From: a virus | IMG/VR virus record: IMGVR_UViG_3300042898_002514 | Length of the DNA stretch: 64,000 nucleotides | Strand: one strand, 5' to 3' | In this document: positions 39,804 through 48,258 of the stretch, piece by piece | Layout of the letters: each line of letters begins with the position of its first letter | Position numbering within the stretch: the first letter of the stretch is position 1 | Translations under genes and position numbers: made by a program | The notes under the pieces: generated by a model | The model's database searches: none | What the model saw: the letters and a program-made list of their open reading frames with translations, nothing else | Told to the model about the DNA's origin: nothing

Positions 39804-40349
39804 ATGAGTCTACGAGAAATCACACACGATCTGCACGAAGAAGCAGAAAAAACAATCTTCGCAACGAAATTGGTCAGCGGGTCTTTTACCGCAGAAGAAT
39901 ATGCTAATTATCTTTGGCAAATGGTGCTGGTCTATAACGGTATCGAAACTGCCTGTAAAAGTCAAGGAATGTTGACCAATCTAAAAGATATTGAACGAAC
40001 ACACAAGATCTATCAAGATTGTATAGAACTAGTTGGTCCACATCACAACTTGTTTTGGTTGCCGGTTACCATTGAGTACTATCAATATCTTTTAGAACTC
40101 AATATGAATCCTGAAAGAAAACATTTGATAAAAGCTCATATGTATTGTCGTCATATGGGAGACTTGTTTGGCGGACAAATTATTAAAAAGAAAGCGCCGG
40201 GTCAAGGAAGATTCTATGACTTTGACGATGCACATAATTTAAAAGCAGCCATCCGTGCTGAACTCACTGATGACCTAGGACCCGAAGCTCGAATAGCCTT
40301 TGAATGGGCTATCAAGATAATGAAGGCTCTAAACAATGAAAGGCACTGA
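39804..40349 (+). CDS. hemO: Heme oxygenase (biliverdin-producing)
   Basis: LREITHDLHEEAE, HMYCRHMGDLFGGQII, EARIAF. Confidence 0.92.
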   Translation: MSLREITHDLHEEAEKTIFATKLVSGSFTAEEYANYLWQMVLVYNGIETACKSQGMLTNLKDIERTHKIYQDCIELVGPHHNLFWLPVTIEYYQYLLELNMNPERKHLIKAHMYCRHMGDLFGGQIIKKKAPGQGRFYDFDDAHNLKAAIRAELTDDLGPEARIAFEWAIKIMKALNNERH

Positions 40350-41029
40350 TGAGTCAAGTTTGGGAAAAGTTAGTTGAGATCCAACATCTATTGGAAGATA
40401 ACTTCAGCCGCACGGGTCAAGAGGTTAATGAATCTGGGATGGAAAGATTTAATCAGCCAGGTTGGGTTAATCGCATCTGGACTAGCGATCGTTATCGTCG
40501 TGCTCACATTGATGTTGTAGATGCTCGAGAAAGTAAAGGGTTATGGATGATGCACTGCTGTGTGTTTCCACATACACACAACCCTGCTCCTATTTTTGGC
40601 TTTGACGTAATAGCAGGTAAGAATAAGATCACAGGTTGCTTTATTGATTATAGTCCTACAGGTGATTTTGATCATCCTATGATTGAATACTTTGCTGAAG
40701 AAGTTGGCCGATACGACTGGAATAAACCACGTAAACTTCCCGAATGGGCAGAGCGTATTTTTAGTCCGCATATGATTGCTGCGGGCAATGTCAGCGACGA
40801 AAGCGAATTAGCACAGATTGCAAGTCTAGCACATATACTAGTTAATCACTACACAGAATGTGTGGGAGAAACTAATAATACTGCAGAAAGCACCAAAGAT
40901 CAGCAGAATTACTATGCTCAAAACCAAAAGCAAAACCCACATACTCCTAAAGTAATGGTCAGTTTAGGTTTAAGCGAGGAAGATGTCCAAATGTTTATCC
41001 AGGACTGTCTTTTTCCTGAATTGAAATAA
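40349..41029 (+). CDS. Ferredoxin-dependent bilin reductase (PcyA/PcyX type)
   Basis: RRAHIDVVD, MHCCVFP, PIFGFD, LPEWAERIFS, QKQNPHT; HIDVVD instead of PcyA HLE favours the PcyX type. Confidence 0.88.
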   Translation: MSQVWEKLVEIQHLLEDNFSRTGQEVNESGMERFNQPGWVNRIWTSDRYRRAHIDVVDARESKGLWMMHCCVFPHTHNPAPIFGFDVIAGKNKITGCFIDYSPTGDFDHPMIEYFAEEVGRYDWNKPRKLPEWAERIFSPHMIAAGNVSDESELAQIASLAHILVNHYTECVGETNNTAESTKDQQNYYAQNQKQNPHTPKVMVSLGLSEEDVQMFIQDCLFPELK

Positions 41030-41052
41030 ATTCAGCTATATAAATAGCTAAC

Positions 41053-41421
41053 ATGGAAATTCTTGCACTTTTACTACTGTTTCAAATCAAGCACTGGTAT
41101 GCTGATTTTAAGATACAGACCTATATGCAGACCGTTAAAAAAGGTGTGTGGCTAGATCCTGTTGGCATAAGTCATACGCTAGATCATGTCTGGGGAACAT
41201 TAGTATTATTGTTGATTTTTAGTTTCTTTCATCCAATCAGTGCTGTTACAATGATATCTGTAGCAGTTATTGAAGGCGTATATCATTATGTAATAGATTA
41301 CACCAAGGTAAAATACGGTTGCAAAGACAATACTAAACCCTTATTTTGGAATCAATTCGGCCTAGATCAACTAGCGCATCAAGCATCTTACTTGGCCATT
41401 GCGGCTGTCATCTGTCTTTAG
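41053..41421 (+). CDS. DUF3307-like membrane protein
   Basis: HWYADF..Q, HYVIDYTK, GLDQLAH. Confidence 0.8.
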   Translation: MEILALLLLFQIKHWYADFKIQTYMQTVKKGVWLDPVGISHTLDHVWGTLVLLLIFSFFHPISAVTMISVAVIEGVYHYVIDYTKVKYGCKDNTKPLFWNQFGLDQLAHQASYLAIAAVICL

Positions 41422-41484
41422 ATAACTCATAGTTTATTCTAGCACAACTCCCGGTAAATACATTACAAACCCGGGAGCGAACCG

Positions 41485-41967
41485 ATGAAGAAAACCTTAG
41501 TGACACTAGGGATGATGCTGGCATTATCCACGACTGCACAAGCAGAGTTAGTACAACAATTTAAAAATCCAGCCTTTAGTGGCATTGGATTTAGCAGTCA
41601 TGTGTTGACCATTGACAGCATTGAAAAGTCACGACGTGATGCTATCGAAGCAGACAAAAAAGCAGCCATTGCCAAAGCTGAGGCTGAACTGCTAAACACC
41701 CCGTTGAATAGATTCATGAGTCTATTTCAAAGTCAAGTATATGCTCAACTTGCAACACAGTTAAGCAACAACCTATTCACAAACAAATGCGCTGCCGCAG
41801 ATGGCACGGCGATTCCAGGTTGCGTGAATCCAACAACAGGTAACTTTGCTCTAGATGGTAATACAGTTACCTGGGCCAAGGCCAACGACAAAGTTACACT
41901 GACAGTAGTAGATGCCAAAGGTACTGTTACTCGAGTTATAGTTCCAATTGCTAGTTTTAGTTTTTAA
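41485..41967 (+). CDS. csgF: Curli assembly protein CsgF-like
   Basis: Signal peptide then ELVQQFKNPAFSG (CsgF F-x-NP-x-F-G N-terminus); precedes csgG. Confidence 0.82.
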   Translation: MKKTLVTLGMMLALSTTAQAELVQQFKNPAFSGIGFSSHVLTIDSIEKSRRDAIEADKKAAIAKAEAELLNTPLNRFMSLFQSQVYAQLATQLSNNLFTNKCAAADGTAIPGCVNPTTGNFALDGNTVTWAKANDKVTLTVVDAKGTVTRVIVPIASFSF

Positions 41968-41976
41968 GGAGAAAAT

Positions 41977-42915
41977 ATGAAAGCAATTAAATTATCCTTA
42001 ATCACATTAGCCGTAGTAGCCCTAGCTGGATGTTCAACCGTACGTCCATGGGGCAGTACACAAATCAAAGAAGAAGCTACAGTTACAGACACAATCAACA
42101 AGAGTTTTGCCAATGTTCCTGCACCAGCAGGTCCGGCAGTGACAGTGGCAGTGTATGGTTTCAAAGACCTAACAGGACAGCGAAAGCCAAGTTCAACACT
42201 CAGCTTGTTTTCAACAGCAGTCACCCAGGGTGCTGAAGCATACCTAATGAAGAGTTTACAAGAAGTTGGTAATCGTCAATGGTTCACAGTTGTTGAGCGT
42301 GTTGGCTTGGACAACTTGTTAAAAGAGCGTCAGATGATCAAACAGACACGTGAGATCTACGAAGGCGCTAATGCCAAACCGTTACCACCATTGCAAATGG
42401 CTGGTGTTATTCTAGAAGGTGGCATTATTGATTATAACAGCAATACACTAACAGGCGGCACAGGTGCTCGTTGGTTAGGTATTGGAACATCTACCGCCTA
42501 TACTCAAGACGTGGTTGTGATCAGCCTACGTTTGGTCAGTGTTCAAACTGGAGAAGTACTAACCACTGTTACAGTGGAAAAGAACTTGCTCAGCACCGCC
42601 GACGGTGCCACTGCGTTGAAGTTTTTCAACCAAGCAACACAGGCATTTGAATTTGATTCAAGCCAAACATTTAACGAGCCAGGTAACTATGCCCTACGTT
42701 CAGCAATCGAAACAGCGGTTATTGAGTTGATTAAAAAGGGAGAGCGTGGTGGCCTGTGGCAATTCAAGGAGAAGTCCAATGAGTTGGTTCAAGCACAAAC
42801 CAAGACCAAAGACGCAGCCAAAACTGCATCCTCACCACAGCAGTCCGATAGCGGAAAAAGTGTTGAAGGAAGCAAAGAGAAGAGTATCTGGACACGAATC
42901 CAGTTCTGGAAGTAA
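41977..42915 (+). CDS. csgG: Curli secretion channel lipoprotein CsgG
   Basis: Lipobox LAGC; VAVYGFKDLTGQRKP, STAVTQG, VERVGLDNLLKERQMI, EGGIIDY. Confidence 0.95.
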   Translation: MKAIKLSLITLAVVALAGCSTVRPWGSTQIKEEATVTDTINKSFANVPAPAGPAVTVAVYGFKDLTGQRKPSSTLSLFSTAVTQGAEAYLMKSLQEVGNRQWFTVVERVGLDNLLKERQMIKQTREIYEGANAKPLPPLQMAGVILEGGIIDYNSNTLTGGTGARWLGIGTSTAYTQDVVVISLRLVSVQTGEVLTTVTVEKNLLSTADGATALKFFNQATQAFEFDSSQTFNEPGNYALRSAIETAVIELIKKGERGGLWQFKEKSNELVQAQTKTKDAAKTASSPQQSDSGKSVEGSKEKSIWTRIQFWK

Positions 42916-42943
42916 AAATAACCCACAAGGTTAGGAGCAAAAA

Positions 42944-43732
42944 ATGAAACAAACAATTATAACAATATTATTAGCAGCAGCATTTCCAGTAATGGCCCAG
43001 ACTGCTGTAACTGCACCAAGTGCAGCCACAATCCCAACAATGGTAACTGTTAGCCCTAACGCAACAGCCTCACTAGCCATTGCCACAACTAACCGCATCT
43101 TTATCGATCAAAGCGGTGACAATCCTAATGTCAATATGACACAAAATGGATCAGGTAACAAAGCAGGATCAGCTGCTCGTCCAGTATACCTACGTGGCAT
43201 TGATCAGAAGATTGTTACTAACCAAGTTGGTGCCAGCAACGAAATCAACCTAGAAGTAAAGAACGACACCACAGGCACAGGTGTTGGCGCAACCGTGACT
43301 ATTCAGCAGTTGGGTAACACTAACAAAGCTGACGTGGCCTGCGGTTATGGCAATGCCAGCGATGGAACTACAGCACTAACGGGATGTAAAGCAGCTGACC
43401 TAAACATGAAGTTCACAGGCAACAGCAATGAAATTCAATATCGTGGCACAGGCGACGACTTGAAAGCTGCTATTGATGTAACGGGCAACACCAACAAGTT
43501 CTTCATTGATGCTATTGGTGGCAAGCACACTGACACAATCAAAGTGGTAGGTGATACTAACGAGTTTAACATCAGTCAGCGTTCAACTGGTGCAGCTGGT
43601 AGTAGTGTTTGGGTTGACTTGGCTGGTAACAGCAACAAGTTTACTATCAGCCAAACTGGAACTATTGACAACGTGGTTAATATCAAAAGTATATCCAACA
43701 GCGGTATATTCAATATAACACAGAAGAACTAA
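42944..43732 (+). CDS. Secreted curlin-repeat protein (CsgA/CsgB-like)
   Basis: Signal peptide; N-x5-Q-x-G-x2-N repeats (IDQSGDNPN, IQQLGNTN, ISQTGTIDN). Confidence 0.75.
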   Translation: MKQTIITILLAAAFPVMAQTAVTAPSAATIPTMVTVSPNATASLAIATTNRIFIDQSGDNPNVNMTQNGSGNKAGSAARPVYLRGIDQKIVTNQVGASNEINLEVKNDTTGTGVGATVTIQQLGNTNKADVACGYGNASDGTTALTGCKAADLNMKFTGNSNEIQYRGTGDDLKAAIDVTGNTNKFFIDAIGGKHTDTIKVVGDTNEFNISQRSTGAAGSSVWVDLAGNSNKFTISQTGTIDNVVNIKSISNSGIFNITQKN

Positions 43733-43741
43733 GGAACGGCA

Positions 43742-44920
43742 ATGAGAGTTGCTGCTCTTATCATAGGCTTGATCACAGCCGTGTCGGCATGGGCAGATAT
43801 CGGATCGGTTACTGAATCGTCCGGTACTGCTATTATCAAGCGTGGTAAAGATACAATTCAAATTGTCAAAGGCACAGAAATCAAAACCAATGACAAGATT
43901 GAAACTAAGAATGGAAAAGTCAAGATCGTTTTTAAAGACGATACGAACGTTACTGTTACTGAGTCGAGTAGCCTTATTATTGACGATTTTGTATATGATC
44001 CTAAAAGCGGTGCCGGAAAACTAGGACTTAAAGCTGCCGCAGGTACTGTGCGCTATGTATCAGGCAGTATTGCCAAAGACCCCAAGAATGTAAAAATCAA
44101 CACACCTACTGCGGCCATTGCTGTTCGTGGCACAGACTTTGTCATGGCTGTTAGTGAAACAGGCGCTAGTATGATCATGTTGATGCCAACCTGTGAAATA
44201 GAACAAAACGTAAACTTAAAAGGACTTACCTGCGGCAGTGGCGCTATTGATGTAGAGACACCGGCAGGCATAGTTAAACTTAATCGTCCTTATCAAGCTA
44301 CCTTAGTTGAAACATTAAATGGTATTCCTAGTCCTGCTGTTATTGTTGCTCTCAACGGCATGGCCATTGGCAACAACCTAATGGTTAATCCTCCAAGAAC
44401 TACTACTGGAGTCAGCGTGATCGCTGCTGCTCGTGCTGCTGCTGAAAAGACAGGCGATGCGAAGAAAGACGGCAAAAAAGACGACAAAGACAAAGATGAC
44501 AAAGATGATGCTAAAGATGGCGAAAAACAACAAGTGGCTAGTAAAGGTGAAAAAGGTGGAAGCAACAAGTCTTATAAGCAAGGACGTAGTGCCAATGAAG
44601 GCGATGAGAATTTAGACACTGCTACTAAGGTAGGATTAGATACTGCCGCTAACAAAGATGCCTTAGTCACTGAAGTGGCCGCAGTAAGCGAAACTGAAAA
44701 TCCCTACGTTAAGAAATTGTTTAAAGATAAAAGCGAAACACAACAAATAGGTTGGATGTTTGAAAGCCTAAGCCCTAACAGTCGCAACTATGCTAATGTT
44801 GTTATGCCTTTAGATACCAAAGTGCAGGTGATTGTTACACAGGACATGCAGACCAACAGTTGGAACTTCAGCAGTGGTAAAGCCGTGGGACAGATTGTTA
44901 TCAATCAGAACTTTAGATGA
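43742..44920 (+). CDS. Periplasmic FecR-domain protein
   Basis: Signal peptide; IGSVTESSG, NDKIET, FKDDTNV, TPTAAIAVRGTDF. Confidence 0.88.
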   Translation: MRVAALIIGLITAVSAWADIGSVTESSGTAIIKRGKDTIQIVKGTEIKTNDKIETKNGKVKIVFKDDTNVTVTESSSLIIDDFVYDPKSGAGKLGLKAAAGTVRYVSGSIAKDPKNVKINTPTAAIAVRGTDFVMAVSETGASMIMLMPTCEIEQNVNLKGLTCGSGAIDVETPAGIVKLNRPYQATLVETLNGIPSPAVIVALNGMAIGNNLMVNPPRTTTGVSVIAAARAAAEKTGDAKKDGKKDDKDKDDKDDAKDGEKQQVASKGEKGGSNKSYKQGRSANEGDENLDTATKVGLDTAANKDALVTEVAAVSETENPYVKKLFKDKSETQQIGWMFESLSPNSRNYANVVMPLDTKVQVIVTQDMQTNSWNFSSGKAVGQIVINQNFR

Positions 44921-46800
44921 AAAAGATATTATTAGCTTTACTGTTCGTATGCTCTAATGCATTTGCTGACCTAACTGATATCAAGTTTGGACAAAGCCAA
45001 ATTGCCGACAGTCAGTGGAATGTCAATGCCTGTCTCAATACTACTACCTGCCAAATCTACAGTAAACAACCGGGTACTATGTATAAGATTCCTTGGTTTA
45101 ACGGAACCTGGAGTTGGCAAGCAGGACAATATGTTCAATTTGCAGCAACTGGTAATGGTAGTTACCCTTACGAAGGTAAAGTTTACAATAGCAATGGCAC
45201 ACTAGCAGGTACTATTGGCACCGGTAAGATTGTCAACATGGGTCCTGACTATTTCTTCTTTGTGGGCAGTGACAATAACACAGGACAGTTATTCAGTGGA
45301 TCAAGTGGTATGAATAACACTAACGGTGTTTCATGGACTGGCACACTTAACCCCACAGTAGCACAGGCCAACACTTATGCCAACGCTAACTATTCTACTG
45401 TACCGTTGACCGCAGGACAAACTGCTACAACTACACCGAGTAGTGCCCCGGCTGACTGGAAATTGATTAGAACTAATAGCACACCTGTGGTTATCAGCAC
45501 TATATTTCCCACTAGCAATAACAGTCCGTTTGGAGAAGGTGCAACACAGGCCTTTGACGGCAATGTTAATACCAAATATCTAAATTTTGACAAAAAGAAT
45601 GCAGGTGTAACTGTCAAACTAAGTCAAGGTCGAGTGGTTCAGAAATTTACTATTACAACTGCTAATGATTTTAGTGGCCGTGATCCTACTAGCTATAAAC
45701 TGTATGGTAGTAATAACGGTGCCAACTGGACACTGATTAAACAAGATAGTTTAAGTTTAAGCGAGTCGAGATTTTGGACTAGTCCCGAAATAGCGACAGG
45801 CAATACTACTGCCTATATCTACTACTTCATATTGTTTCCAACAACTAAAGCAGGGGAATTCTGTGGGTTAAACTGCGACAGTATGCAAATTGCTGAAGTT
45901 ACCTACTACTATGATTTAAATGATGGCGTTACTAGTACTGATACTGGTTCAGGCGGAACTCCTGCTAATCCAGGTCAAGCAGGCAGCGTTTGCGCCGACT
46001 GTGCTCCTACTTGGCCTTCTACTAGCGACATAACTGTAAATCAAACAGCGCAGAAGAATTCTGCTAAGAGTCGTGTTAGTAACATTACATTGGGCAACAG
46101 TTTATATCTTGATCAAAAGATTGGCAGTAGCGGTAATGCAATAACCATTGAACAAACAGGCAACTATAATAAGATCTCAGGCCTAGGTGGCACTGACTAC
46201 GCTGTCATAGACGGTGACAACAATACCTTAAACATCAAACAAGGTGATACCCTGGGTAAGAACTTGTTTGAATTCAGCGTCACAGGCAACACAAATAACA
46301 TTACCTTATGGCAAGCACGTAATCCTACAACTGGCTTACAAGACGGACAAGAGAGTGGTGGACACTATATGGGTCTAAATATCAACGGCAGCACAAACAC
46401 GTTGAGTCTAAAACAAAGCAATGACGGCGGAACTGCAAGTGGGCACTTTGCCTATGTTGATGTCACTGGTAATAGCAATCAAGGAACACTGAAGCAAATG
46501 GGCAACGGTGAGAAAACATTCTTTGGCGTTGTCAACGGTAATACTAATGTATTTGATGTTACACAACAAGGATCAGGCAGTTACTTTGATCTAAGCCTAA
46601 CAGGCAACGGGCACAATGTTACTGCCAGTCAAAAGGACGCAGGCAGTCACAAAGCCACTATCAACTTGACCAATGCTGGTGGCTCTAGCACAGTTAATCT
46701 AATACAACAAGGCACCACAGCACAAAACATTAATATTACACAACAGTGTGCTACATTATCTGGATGTAGTGTTTCAGTAACACAAGGCACGGGACCATAG
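44917..46800 (+). CDS. Secreted protein with F5/8 (discoidin) domain and C-terminal curlin repeats
   Basis: AFDGNVNTKY..RDPTSYKLYGSNNG; then IEQTGNYN, LKQMGNG, VTQQGSG, LIQQG repeats. Confidence 0.75.
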   Translation: MKKILLALLFVCSNAFADLTDIKFGQSQIADSQWNVNACLNTTTCQIYSKQPGTMYKIPWFNGTWSWQAGQYVQFAATGNGSYPYEGKVYNSNGTLAGTIGTGKIVNMGPDYFFFVGSDNNTGQLFSGSSGMNNTNGVSWTGTLNPTVAQANTYANANYSTVPLTAGQTATTTPSSAPADWKLIRTNSTPVVISTIFPTSNNSPFGEGATQAFDGNVNTKYLNFDKKNAGVTVKLSQGRVVQKFTITTANDFSGRDPTSYKLYGSNNGANWTLIKQDSLSLSESRFWTSPEIATGNTTAYIYYFILFPTTKAGEFCGLNCDSMQIAEVTYYYDLNDGVTSTDTGSGGTPANPGQAGSVCADCAPTWPSTSDITVNQTAQKNSAKSRVSNITLGNSLYLDQKIGSSGNAITIEQTGNYNKISGLGGTDYAVIDGDNNTLNIKQGDTLGKNLFEFSVTGNTNNITLWQARNPTTGLQDGQESGGHYMGLNINGSTNTLSLKQSNDGGTASGHFAYVDVTGNSNQGTLKQMGNGEKTFFGVVNGNTNVFDVTQQGSGSYFDLSLTGNGHNVTASQKDAGSHKATINLTNAGGSSTVNLIQQGTTAQNINITQQCATLSGCSVSVTQGTGP

Positions 46801-46801
46801 T

Positions 46802-46960
46802 ATGTTCAACGCCATAGGCTCATTGATGTTGGCAGGCATGCTAGCCCAGGAGCCTCGTTGTGTAAAATGGACTTGGACCGGGGATGTTTATAATCGTCGA
46901 GTTGTATGCTTAGAATGGACTAAGCCGCCACCCAAAGATAAGGATCCTAAGAAAACATGA
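46802..46960 (+). CDS. Small hypothetical protein (52 aa)
   Basis: MFNAIGSLMLAGMLAQEPRCVKWTWTGDVYNRRVVCLEW; overlaps the next start. Confidence 0.55.
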   Translation: MFNAIGSLMLAGMLAQEPRCVKWTWTGDVYNRRVVCLEWTKPPPKDKDPKKT

Positions 46961-47442
46961 TTGATCCTATTACCCTTGGCATTGCTTTTACAGCCGCACA
47001 ACAATCAGTTGGTTATATTAAAAAGGCCATTGCCTTAGGCAAGGATGTCAACAGCCTTTACGGACAGTTTGCCAAGTTCTTTGAAAACAGCGATAAAATT
47101 CACAGTGCTAATGCAGCCGCACAAACCAGCAAAAAGATTCTCACAGACGGACAGATCAGAGCCATGTCAATAGAAATTGCCATGCAGAGTAAAGCCTTGC
47201 GAGACGCAGAAAAACAACTCAAAGAACTGTTGATATATAGTGGTAATAGTGATGTTTGGGAACAAATGATGGCTGAGCGTGTACGTATGTATAAAGAACG
47301 TGCTAAACTAGAAGCAGACTTAGCAAACGCTAGGATAAAGGCCAAATCAGATTTAATAGATAGAGCACTAATTTTTATAAGTTTTTCAGCATTAGCAATA
47401 CCTGCGTTTGCCTTTAGTTTTGCTATGTTAGTAAGATCGTAA
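46957..47442 (+). CDS. Conserved phage protein with C-terminal TM
   Basis: MIDPITL..., helical, TM tail. Confidence 0.7.
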   Translation: MIDPITLGIAFTAAQQSVGYIKKAIALGKDVNSLYGQFAKFFENSDKIHSANAAAQTSKKILTDGQIRAMSIEIAMQSKALRDAEKQLKELLIYSGNSDVWEQMMAERVRMYKERAKLEADLANARIKAKSDLIDRALIFISFSALAIPAFAFSFAMLVRS

Positions 47443-47447
47443 TCAAT

Positions 47448-47471
47448 AAAAAGCCCCTTCCGGGGCTTTTT
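47448..47471. terminator. Bidirectional intrinsic terminator
   Basis: AAAAAGCCCC-TTCC-GGGGCTTTTT. Confidence 0.88.
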
Positions 47472-48130
47472 TACATTCTAGCTTTCTTATACTGCACTGC
47501 TGTTATTACCATCGAAGCACACCAAGGTAGCACAGTCTTAACCCAACCGGCTAAAGGTTCTAGCCAATCTTGCAATAGAGGTTCTTTGATAGCCATTTGA
47601 AATGCCACAGCAAATAATACAAAGCTGCCTACGAACACACTGTTGGGATACTTCTCAAGTATCTTGCTGACTAATCCAGCACCGAATAATATAATAGGTA
47701 CACTGATCAACAGGCCAGCAATGACTAACACAAAATTTCCATTTGCGGCCGCGGCAATACCAAGTGCATTGTCTATGCCCATAACTGCGTCAGCGACTAC
47801 AATAGTACTAATGGCACCCCAGAATGTGTCTTTGGCTTCAATGTCGTGATCACCTTCATCAAAAACCAACTTCCAGCCAATCCACAATAGCGCAGCACCG
47901 CCTATTAAGCGTAGCCCTGGAATCATTAATAGGTAGGTCAGTGCGGCTACAGAAATAAAGCGGATAGCAATAGCACCAAATGTTCCCCAAAGAATTGCTC
48001 GTTTGCGTAGATGTTCTGGTAATTTGTTAGCGGCCATTCCGATAACAAGAGCGTTATCACCGGCTAATACAATGTCTATCAAAATGATAGCGAGAAATGC
48101 CCAAAGGGCCTGGATCGTAAAGAGTTCCAT
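47471..48130 (-). CDS. TerC/YjbE family metal (Mn) membrane protein
   Basis: IDIVLAGDNALVI, ADAVMGIDNALGIA. Confidence 0.92.
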   Translation of the reverse strand: MELFTIQALWAFLAIILIDIVLAGDNALVIGMAANKLPEHLRKRAILWGTFGAIAIRFISVAALTYLLMIPGLRLIGGAALLWIGWKLVFDEGDHDIEAKDTFWGAISTIVVADAVMGIDNALGIAAAANGNFVLVIAGLLISVPIILFGAGLVSKILEKYPNSVFVGSFVLFAVAFQMAIKEPLLQDWLEPLAGWVKTVLPWCASMVITAVQYKKARM

Positions 48131-48144
48131 ATCTTCCTTAAAGT

Positions 48145-48237
48145 TATGGTCTCACCGCTTTGTCTATAGACCGGGTATATGTATACCGTGTTGACGACCT
48201 ATAAAACCAACACCTGTTGGCTAGTTACTCCCCAAGG
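48145..48237 (-). promoter_or_regulatory. yybP-ykoY (Mn2+) riboswitch
   Basis: Minus strand reads CCUUGGGGAGUA...GUCGUCAACAC...GGUGAGACCAU directly upstream of TerC. Confidence 0.88.
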
Positions 48238-48258
48238 TATTTAGCGATAAATATTACT

